Assembly (NCBI GenBank): GCA_963785725.1
Contig: CAWAWS010000007.1
Coordinates: 800,001-864,000 of the forward strand
DNA: 64,000 nucleotides
Source of the DNA: an uncultured delta proteobacterium
GTDB lineage: Bacteria; Myxococcota_A; Polyangia; Palsa-1104
Reading direction: 5' to 3'
Positions 1-7,095 of the stretch are shown piece by piece; the first letter of the stretch is position 1; each line of letters begins with the position of its first letter. The notes under the pieces are model-generated. The model did no database searches. It worked only from the letters and a program-made list of their open reading frames with translations, and was not told where the DNA came from. A program made the position numbers and the translations under genes.

Positions 1-96
1 GCCCGAGATCGGAATGCGGGTAGCATAGGCCCGCGCGTGCAGCTCGGCGGAGCCTCGGCCGTGCAGAATCGGCGTCGCGGCGACGAGCTCGCTCAT
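1..96 (-). CDS. N-terminal fragment of a probable radical SAM protein (runs off the window)
   Basis: ATG at 96-94 overlaps the PqqD stop (ATGA). Open frame MSELVAATPILHGRGSAELHARAYATRIPISG to the window edge; RIPISG resembles the segment that precedes the CxxxCxxC motif in SPASM-type radical SAM enzymes. The motif itself is not visible. Confidence 0.45.
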   Translation of the reverse strand, partial: MSELVAATPILHGRGSAELHARAYATRIPISG

Positions 97-377
97 GACG
101 CGAGCAGCCCGCGGCGCGAGAGCTCGCCGAGGAAGTTGTTCACGTCGCTCGTGACGTCGCGCTCGGTCGGCACTTTGTACTTCTCACGAACCAGCGCGCA
201 CAGCGTGCCCGGATCGTGCTTGCCGTCGAGGTGCTGCCACAGGAAAGCGCCGACGCGCGACAGCAAGTAGACGTTGTCGAATTCGGCGATGCCCTGACGA
301 GTTGGGACCAGCACGGTCTCGCCTCCGACATGGCGCGCGATGACGCCCGGGGCCGGTGACGGTGCGGATTGACTCAT
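93..377 (-). CDS. PqqD family (RiPP recognition element) peptide chaperone
   Basis: About 94 aa with RHVGGETVLVP...VYLLSRVGAFLWQHLDG...DVNNFLGELSRRGLL, the typical PqqD pattern. Start could also be 395. Confidence 0.85.
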   Translation of the reverse strand: MSQSAPSPAPGVIARHVGGETVLVPTRQGIAEFDNVYLLSRVGAFLWQHLDGKHDPGTLCALVREKYKVPTERDVTSDVNNFLGELSRRGLLAS

Positions 378-459
378 GATGCTTGGTTGTAGCATGCGCC
401 GACAACATTCATCAAGGCGACGCGATGCGGCGTGCGGCGACGAAGGCTGGCGAGCCTGC

Positions 460-978
460 TCAGGGCTGGCCGGCGTCGAGCCACTTGCTGATGCGCAAGC
501 GGTCTTCGCACGTCGGGAACGGCATGTTGATCGGCATCTCGTCGTTGGCGCCGACCTCGGTGCGAATCATCGAGCCGTACATCTTCACGGCCGCTTGCTG
601 ATCCCAGTTGTAGCCGGCGGGCGCGCCGTTGCGCGCCGTGTCGCCCACCAGCGTCGACGAGTGGCAGCGCGTGCACCACTGCGCGAAGAACGGCTTCGCG
701 TAGGTCGCCCACGTGTCGCCGCCGATGTTGTCGCCCGGCGCCGCGACGGGCGAGGTGAGCGCCGCGCAGCCGTTGGCGAGCACCATCGTCATGTCGCCGC
801 TCGCGGCCGTGCCGCCACCGCCGGCCGTGCCGCCGCCGCCTGCGGTGCCGCCGCCGCCGCCACCGGCTACGCCGCCGCCGCCCGCTGCGCCGTCTTTTTC
901 CGACGAGCCGCCGCTGCCGCCACAACCCGCGAGTAACAGAAGAGCGATAGGGATAATCTTATGCATGGTGATTTTCAT
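460..978 (-). CDS. Lipoprotein with monoheme cytochrome c motif
   Basis: Lipobox LLLAGC, Gly-rich linker, CxxCH (WCTRCH) and a distal EMP methionine. Confidence 0.75.
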   Translation of the reverse strand: MKITMHKIIPIALLLLAGCGGSGGSSEKDGAAGGGGVAGGGGGGTAGGGGTAGGGGTAASGDMTMVLANGCAALTSPVAAPGDNIGGDTWATYAKPFFAQWCTRCHSSTLVGDTARNGAPAGYNWDQQAAVKMYGSMIRTEVGANDEMPINMPFPTCEDRLRISKWLDAGQP

Positions 979-1025
979 TCTACATGTGATGGGCGAATGC
1001 CGGTAAATGTTACGTAAGGATAAAG

Positions 1026-1655
1026 ATGACTGCGCTCAACGTTCGCGGATGCTTAATCTTATTTGTCATTGGCGCGGGTGGGTGCGGTGACGACACGACT
1101 GCCAAGCCCGATATGGCAGTCCCGAATATCGATATGTCCATTACGGCGTCGGCAGGCTGCGCGCTTTATTGCGACACGATTACCAAGGCCTGCTCCGGCG
1201 GGAATGACGCCGGATCCTTCGCGCAATTTACATATCCGGATGAAACGAGCTGTGTCGCGTATTGCAATGGAAATGGCGATTGGCCGGCGGGAACGACTGG
1301 TGCTTCGACTGGCAATACATTGGCCTGTCGCGGGACGCATGCCGAAGCAGCGTTGACGAATCCGGCAACTGAGTGTGCCAATGCCGGACCATCGGGAAAC
1401 AATACGTGCGGAACTTGGTGCGAGGATTTTTGCTATCTAATGGAGAAGAACTGCACCGGCAGTAATGCCATTTACGACGCGCCGACGTGCCTGCAAAAGT
1501 GCGCGACGATGCCGGCGACGGGAACGGCCGGCGACGTCAGCGGCGACACGGTGCAGTGCCGCATTTACCATATGGGCGTGGCCTTCGACGATCCCGTCAC
1601 GCATTGTCCGCACGGCCGCACGCTCGCCGACAATCCCGACGGGCCGTGCATGTAG
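1026..1655 (+). CDS. Cys-rich lipoprotein with two internal repeats
   Basis: RBS AAGGA upstream; lipobox-like GAGGC; two repeats ending GNTLACRGTH and GDTVQCRIYH; many Cys. Confidence 0.75.
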   Translation: MTALNVRGCLILFVIGAGGCGDDTTAKPDMAVPNIDMSITASAGCALYCDTITKACSGGNDAGSFAQFTYPDETSCVAYCNGNGDWPAGTTGASTGNTLACRGTHAEAALTNPATECANAGPSGNNTCGTWCEDFCYLMEKNCTGSNAIYDAPTCLQKCATMPATGTAGDVSGDTVQCRIYHMGVAFDDPVTHCPHGRTLADNPDGPCM

Positions 1656-1701
1656 CGGTGCCGGAGAGGGTGGCGTCGCGAACGCGCCGGCTACGATTGG
1701 C

Positions 1702-1980
1702 TCAACGAGACGGGAGCGTGTGGCTGACCTCGCCGGCGAGATCGGGCGTCGCCAGCGCGGCCATCGAGCGATCGGGATCCATCAGCGCCTGACCGCTCGA
1801 GCGCACGAGGCCGCGCAGGAGCGTCTTCCACGCCGCCGCCTCGGCGACGCGCGCGCCGCGATCGGCCGAGCGCGTCGTCAGCGGTGATGCCGCGCGGCTC
1901 GCGTCGAGGCCGGCGTTGTCGGCGGCGGCGAAGGCGGGAGCGGCGACGAGCATCGACAACAGCGTGAGCGCTTTGAGCAT
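1702..1980 (-). CDS. Small secreted hypothetical protein
   Basis: Signal peptide MLKALTLLSMLVAAPAFA; fills the gap between neighbours; GC-rich third positions. Confidence 0.55.
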   Translation of the reverse strand: MLKALTLLSMLVAAPAFAAADNAGLDASRAASPLTTRSADRGARVAEAAAWKTLLRGLVRSSGQALMDPDRSMAALATPDLAGEVSHTLPSR

Positions 1981-2050
1981 GGCGGCAAGGCTAGCAGCCG
2001 CACACGATCGAGCAAACGAAAGCGCCCGCCGAGAACCAAAAAGCGCGAAG

Positions 2051-2548
2051 TCAGCGACGAGGGGCAGGTCCGCTCGGGTTGCCGAGCCGCGTGGTGTCGT
2101 AGAGCAGCGTCACGAGCAGCGTGAAGAAGCGGCGCGCCGTGCCGTGATCGGGCTTGAGCGCGCCCAACAAAGAGACCACGGTCTCACCGGCTTCGTCGTG
2201 CGTGATGCGCTTGGCGATGTCGAGCGCCTCCAGCCGCGGCGAGTTGGCCGAGACGCCGAGCTTGGCCATCTCGCCGATCGTCTCCATATATTCGGCCATG
2301 AGCGGGCGCAAGGCCGACAGCGGCAGCTCTTGCTGGGCCGTCAGGTGGCCGTCCGCGCCGCGCACTTCGACGACTACTCGCGTTGGCGCCAAGGTGACGG
2401 TCGCGCGCGCTTCACCGTCGGGCAGCACGAAGCGACCCTCTTGCAGGATCTCGTTGATCGCCAGCCGCCACTCGTGTCTGCGCACGGTCGTGCCCGCAGA
2501 CCAAGTCGCATCGTCGATTAGAAGCTCCTTCAGGCGCCCCGCCGGCAT
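2051..2548 (-). CDS. UPF0262 family protein
   Basis: RRHEWRLAINEIL, RLEALDIAKRITHDEA and TARRFFTLL match the UPF0262 pattern. Confidence 0.75.
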   Translation of the reverse strand: MPAGRLKELLIDDATWSAGTTVRRHEWRLAINEILQEGRFVLPDGEARATVTLAPTRVVVEVRGADGHLTAQQELPLSALRPLMAEYMETIGEMAKLGVSANSPRLEALDIAKRITHDEAGETVVSLLGALKPDHGTARRFFTLLVTLLYDTTRLGNPSGPAPRR

Positions 2549-2608
2549 CCAAGCGACGATAGCATGTTAGGCTGGCCCGACTCTTCAGCGATGTGGTAGG
2601 AGCACGAT

Positions 2609-3904
2609 ATGGCCAAGGACACGTTGACTGTTACGGACAATCGCACCGGCAAGAGCTACGAGCTGCCGGTGACCGACGGAACGATTCGCGCGACCGACCT
2701 GCGCCAGATCCGCGTCGACGCCGATGACTTCGGACTCTTGTCCTACGACCCGGCTTATTTGAACACCGCGTCCTGTCGCTCGTCGATCACGTACATCGAC
2801 GGTGACAAGGGTATCCTGCGGTATCGCGGCTATGACGTGGCCGATCTGGCCGAGAAGTCGACCTACCTCGAGGTCGCCTATCTCGTGCTTTATGGAGAGC
2901 TGCCGACCAAGACGCAGCTCGCCGAGTTCACGAACGAGATCACGATCCACACGTTCTTGCACGAGAACATGCGGCGCTTCATCGACGGCTTCCGTTACGA
3001 CGCGCATCCGATGGGCATGCTCATCGCCAGCGTCGCCGGGCTCTCGACGTTCTATCCCGAGGCCAAGGACGTCAAGAACGACGCGAATCGCAAGCAGCAG
3101 ATCATCCGCATGATCGCCAAAATGCCGACGATCGCCGCCTGGTCGTATCGCCACTCGGTCGGCTTCCCGCTCGTCTATCCCGACAATCACCTGTCGTATC
3201 CGGCGAACCTCTTGTCGATGATGAAGCGCATGGCCGAGCCGCGCTACGAGGCCAACCCGGTCATCGAACGCGCGCTCGACGTGCTCTTCATCCTGCACGC
3301 CGATCACGAGCAGAACTGCTCGACGTCGGCGATTCGCACGACCGGCTCGTCGATGGTCGACCCGTATTCGGCGGTCGCTTCGGCGGCGGCGGCGCTCTAC
3401 GGCCCGCTGCACGGCGGCGCCAACGAAGCCGTCCTCGTGATGCTGAAGGAGATCGGCAGCATCAAGAACGTGCCGGCGTTCATCAAGGACGTCAAAGAGG
3501 GCGAAGGCGGCAAGCGCTTGATGGGCTTCGGCCACCGCGTCTACAAGAACTACGATCCGCGCGCTCGCGTCATCAAGAAGCTGGCCGACGAGGTCTTCGA
3601 GGTCACGGGCCGCTCGCCGCTGCTCGAGATCGCGCTCGAGCTCGAGCGTATCGCGCTGCAGGACGACTACTTCGTCAAGCGCAAGCTCTACCCGAACGTC
3701 GACTTCTATTCGGGCCTGATCTATCAGGCGATCGGCTTCCCGCTCGACATGTTCCCGGTGCTGTTCGCGATTCCGCGCACCGCGGGCTGGCTGGCGCAGT
3801 GGGAAGAGATGCTGCGCGATCCCGAGCAGAAGATCGCCCGTCCGCGCCAGATCTACACCGGCGCCGGCGAGCGCAAGTACGCCGCCATCGAGACGCGCCG
3901 ATAA
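2609..3904 (+). CDS. gltA: Citrate synthase (type II)
   Basis: ITYIDGDKGILRYRGY, LHADHEQN, GPLHGGANE, RLMGFGHRVYKNYDPRA and LYPNVDFYSG; RBS AGGAG. Confidence 0.97.
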   Translation: MAKDTLTVTDNRTGKSYELPVTDGTIRATDLRQIRVDADDFGLLSYDPAYLNTASCRSSITYIDGDKGILRYRGYDVADLAEKSTYLEVAYLVLYGELPTKTQLAEFTNEITIHTFLHENMRRFIDGFRYDAHPMGMLIASVAGLSTFYPEAKDVKNDANRKQQIIRMIAKMPTIAAWSYRHSVGFPLVYPDNHLSYPANLLSMMKRMAEPRYEANPVIERALDVLFILHADHEQNCSTSAIRTTGSSMVDPYSAVASAAAALYGPLHGGANEAVLVMLKEIGSIKNVPAFIKDVKEGEGGKRLMGFGHRVYKNYDPRARVIKKLADEVFEVTGRSPLLEIALELERIALQDDYFVKRKLYPNVDFYSGLIYQAIGFPLDMFPVLFAIPRTAGWLAQWEEMLRDPEQKIARPRQIYTGAGERKYAAIETRR

Positions 3905-3918
3905 AAGGAAGTGGCAGC

Positions 3919-4974
3919 ATGAGGCTGGGCGCGCGCTGGATGAGCGAAGTCGGCGGCCTCGTCGACGGCGTCATCCTGCGCGCGATGCATCGGCGCGCCG
4001 AGCGCGACGTTCCCGCGTCGCGCTACGATCAGCGGCAGCTGCTCTCGGAGCTGACCTCCTTCTACAAAAAATTGGGCGATGGGCTGTTTCCCGAGCCGGC
4101 GGCGATCGCGCCGTCTGCCGAACGGCGCGGCAGCCTGCCCGACGACGGCGAGATCGTCGACGTGGCCTGGCCGAGCGGTTATCAGCCGTTTTGGGAGCGC
4201 GCGCGGGCCTCGTACAACGCCTGGGAGCCGAATCGGCGGGCGTGCGCGCGGCTCTTTCGTCACGCGCGCGAGCCGGGCCAGCCGAAGCGGCCGCTCATCG
4301 TGCTCGTCCATGGCTACGGCGCGGGGCAGTTCTTCATCGAAGAGCGCGCCTTTCCCGTGCGCTGGCTGTATTCGCTGGGGCTCGACGTCGCGCTCTTCAC
4401 GCTGCCGTTTCACGCGCTGCGCGGCGGCAGCGGCGCGCCCATCTGGCCGTCGGTCAATCCGACGCGCACCAACGAAGGCTTCGGCCAGGCCATCTACGAC
4501 TTGCGCGCGCTCCTGCGTTGGCTCGATCCGCCGAAACGCGCCGTCGCCGGCATGAGCCTCGGCGGCTACACGACGTCGCTGTTGGCGACGATCGAGCCGC
4601 TCGATTTCGCCTGCGCCATCATCCCCGTCGCCAGCTTTCCCGACCTGTTTTGGGAGCACGGCGAAGGTCGGCCGGAGCGGCAGCGCGCCGAGCGCGAAGG
4701 CATCACGCTCGAGCTGTTGCGCGCGGCGATGGCGGTGCACACGCCGCTCCTGCGCGCGCCCAAGGTGCCGCCCGAGCGCATGTTGGTGCTGGCGGCGGCC
4801 GGCGATCGCATCGCGCCGCCCGAGCACGCCGAGCGGCTGGCGAAACACTTTCGCTGCCGGCAAGAGACGTTCGCCGGCGGGCACATCCTGCAAGTCGGGA
4901 GGCGACACGCGTTCGGGACGCTCGCCGAGCAGCTGGCCGCCTGTGGCCTCATCGCGCGGCGGCCGCAGTCGTGA
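3919..4974 (+). CDS. Alpha/beta hydrolase
   Basis: VLVHGYG, nucleophile elbow GMSLGG, GDRIAP (Asp) and GGH (His); RBS AAGGA before ATG 3919. Confidence 0.88.
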   Translation: MRLGARWMSEVGGLVDGVILRAMHRRAERDVPASRYDQRQLLSELTSFYKKLGDGLFPEPAAIAPSAERRGSLPDDGEIVDVAWPSGYQPFWERARASYNAWEPNRRACARLFRHAREPGQPKRPLIVLVHGYGAGQFFIEERAFPVRWLYSLGLDVALFTLPFHALRGGSGAPIWPSVNPTRTNEGFGQAIYDLRALLRWLDPPKRAVAGMSLGGYTTSLLATIEPLDFACAIIPVASFPDLFWEHGEGRPERQRAEREGITLELLRAAMAVHTPLLRAPKVPPERMLVLAAAGDRIAPPEHAERLAKHFRCRQETFAGGHILQVGRRHAFGTLAEQLAACGLIARRPQS

Positions 4975-5064
4975 GCGCCGCGCGTGCGGCGCGTCCTTCC
5001 GTTCACGCCGCCTCTTAGTGTACGCTCGCCGGATGGCGGTCTATCGCGCGCCGTCGCGCGACTG

Positions 5065-5625
5065 ATGGCGGAGCTCAAGGGCACCGGGTTCGCTTCGGCG
5101 ACGGCGGCGCTGCGCGAAGTGGCGGGCGAGACGGCGTTTACGCGCATGGTGGCGACGCTGCCGCCGGCGACGCAAGCGCTCGTGCACAAGCCGCCCTTGC
5201 CGATGACGTGGGTGGAGGCGGTGCGCTTCGCCGAGCTCTTGCAGGCGGCGGCGCGCGAGCTGCTCGCCAACGACGAGCGCCGCGCCCAAGCAGCGGCGCG
5301 CGTGGCGATGGGCAACGATCTGCGCGGCGTCTACAAGATCTTCATTCGCCTCTTGTCGCCGACGTACGTCATCTCGCGCGGCGCCAAAATGTGGGACACC
5401 TACGCGCGCAACAACGGGACGATGCGCTCCGAAGCCGTCGGTGAGCGTGCCGCCGAGGTGCATTACGACGGTATCGCGCCCGAGCTGTCGTTCCCGATGT
5501 ATTGGGCCTGGCAGCGCGGCGTCTTGCAGGCGGTCGGCGAAGCCACGGGCATCAAGAACGTGCGCATCGAGACGGTCAGCGGTGGCGGCCATCTCGGGCA
5601 ATGCGTCTTGCGCGCCAGCTGGTAG
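5065..5625 (+). CDS. Myxobacterial conserved hypothetical protein (DUF2378/V4R-like)
   Basis: MAELKGT...W...DLRGVYKIFIRLLSP...WDTY...G...C pattern typical of myxobacterial paralogous families. Confidence 0.6.
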   Translation: MAELKGTGFASATAALREVAGETAFTRMVATLPPATQALVHKPPLPMTWVEAVRFAELLQAAARELLANDERRAQAAARVAMGNDLRGVYKIFIRLLSPTYVISRGAKMWDTYARNNGTMRSEAVGERAAEVHYDGIAPELSFPMYWAWQRGVLQAVGEATGIKNVRIETVSGGGHLGQCVLRASW

Positions 5626-5630
5626 CGACT

Positions 5631-6359
5631 TCAGCCCAAGAAGCGGTGCGCGGCCTCGCGTCCGTCGTCGATGGCGCGCTCGATGCCGTCGCGGTCGAAG
5701 CTCCAGCTCGCCAGCGCCAGCGGTCGCGGCGGATGGATGACGTGCACGCGCGCGCCGGCGACGCGCGGCTGCCAGCGACGGCGCCACGGCGTCTTTACGC
5801 TCAGCCCGGTGGCGCGGCTGACGACGGCCACGATCTCGACGGCGCCGCGCGCGGCCAGCGGCTCGATGGGCAAGTTGTCGCTCAGCCCGCCGTCGACGAG
5901 CCAGCTGCCGCCGTGCCGCACGGGACGACCATAGAGCAGCGGAAAGTAGCAGGATGCCATGAGCGGCGCGGTCATGTCGGGCTCGTGGCGCGTCGAGAAC
6001 ACGATCGTCGCCAGGTCCGACACGCGCGTCGCCGTCACCAGCGCTTCGACCGGCCGCGCGCGTAAGTCGGCGACGGGACCGAGCGCGTCGGCGAGCGCCG
6101 TGCGCACCAAGTGGCTCATGTCGAAGACGGAGCGGTTCCACAACGCGCGGCGGAACGAGACGATCGAGCGGCCGGCGAGCGCGCGCCACACGGCCGGCAA
6201 GTCGGCGGCGCGGCCGGCGGCGAAGGCGGTGGCGATGAGCGAGCCCGACGACGCGCCGGCGGCGAGCGCGATGGGCAGGCCGCGCTCGGCCAGCGTCGCG
6301 GCCACTCCGGCGTGAAAGGCGGCGCGGCAGGCGCAGCCTTCGAAGGCGACGGCGAGCAT
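5631..6359 (-). CDS. Patatin-like phospholipase
   Basis: GASSG nucleophile motif, ASCYFP and LVDGGLSDNLP. Confidence 0.88.
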   Translation of the reverse strand: MLAVAFEGCACRAAFHAGVAATLAERGLPIALAAGASSGSLIATAFAAGRAADLPAVWRALAGRSIVSFRRALWNRSVFDMSHLVRTALADALGPVADLRARPVEALVTATRVSDLATIVFSTRHEPDMTAPLMASCYFPLLYGRPVRHGGSWLVDGGLSDNLPIEPLAARGAVEIVAVVSRATGLSVKTPWRRRWQPRVAGARVHVIHPPRPLALASWSFDRDGIERAIDDGREAAHRFLG

Positions 6360-6457
6360 GGCGCAGCATAGCCGGAAGTCGGCGCGTGCGGGGATTGCGC
6401 GCCCGCTGTCACCTCGGCGAAAGATGGGGCACTAACCGAGTCGGAGCCAGGGGAGCC

Positions 6458-7069
6458 ATGACGAAAATCTTGTGCGTAGCGGCAATCGTGATCGCCGGGT
6501 GTGGCGGCGGCAGCAGCAGTCACGGCAACGCGGGCGGCGGCGGCGCGGCGGGCGGCAGCGCCGGCGGCGGCAACGCAGGCGGCGGCGGCGGTGGCAACGC
6601 CGGTGGCGGCGGCGGCGGCGGCTCGACGTCGACCGACATGGCCACGCTCGGCACCGGCAGCTTCATGTGCGGCGCCATGTCCTGCGGCGCCGGCACGCAG
6701 TGCTGCATCGTCGGCACGACGCCGAGCTGCGAGACCGCCTGTCCCGACGGCGGCATTCCGGCCGCGTGCGCCGCCCCGTCCGACTGCAAAGCCGGCAGCG
6801 CCTGTTGCGTCTCGGCGACGACGAGCTTCACGGTCGAGGGCATCGCATGCGAGGCCTACGCCAGCTGCGTCCCGCACGCCGACCCCTCGGGCATCCAGAC
6901 GCGCGCCTGCTCGCAAAACAGCGACTGCACCACCACCGACGGCACGTCGACGAGCAACAACGGCACCGCCTTCCCGACCTGCTGCACCAACGTGCAAACG
7001 CAGCAGCACGTCTGCTTGAGCCAGGAGGCCTTGCTGTTGCTGCCGGCGAACTCCTTTACCTGCCCGTAA
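6458..7069 (+). CDS. Gly- and Cys-rich lipoprotein
   Basis: RBS GGGAG; lipobox VIAGC; poly-Gly linker; CG..SC...TQCC and further CC pairs. Confidence 0.75.
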   Translation: MTKILCVAAIVIAGCGGGSSSHGNAGGGGAAGGSAGGGNAGGGGGGNAGGGGGGGSTSTDMATLGTGSFMCGAMSCGAGTQCCIVGTTPSCETACPDGGIPAACAAPSDCKAGSACCVSATTSFTVEGIACEAYASCVPHADPSGIQTRACSQNSDCTTTDGTSTSNNGTAFPTCCTNVQTQQHVCLSQEALLLLPANSFTCP

Positions 7070-7087
7070 GTAAACGGTCGTTTACTT
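7068..7087. terminator. Hairpin between convergent genes, possible bidirectional terminator
   Basis: AAGTAAAC-GGTC-GTTTACTT inverted repeat beginning in the TAA stop, 8 nt from the treY stop. Confidence 0.4.
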
Positions 7088-7095
7088 GGCTTGGC

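Noticed and set aside
6500..6625. GGC microsatellite-like tracts (also about 810-890)
   Set aside because: They encode poly-Gly lipoprotein linkers and are not independent repeats.
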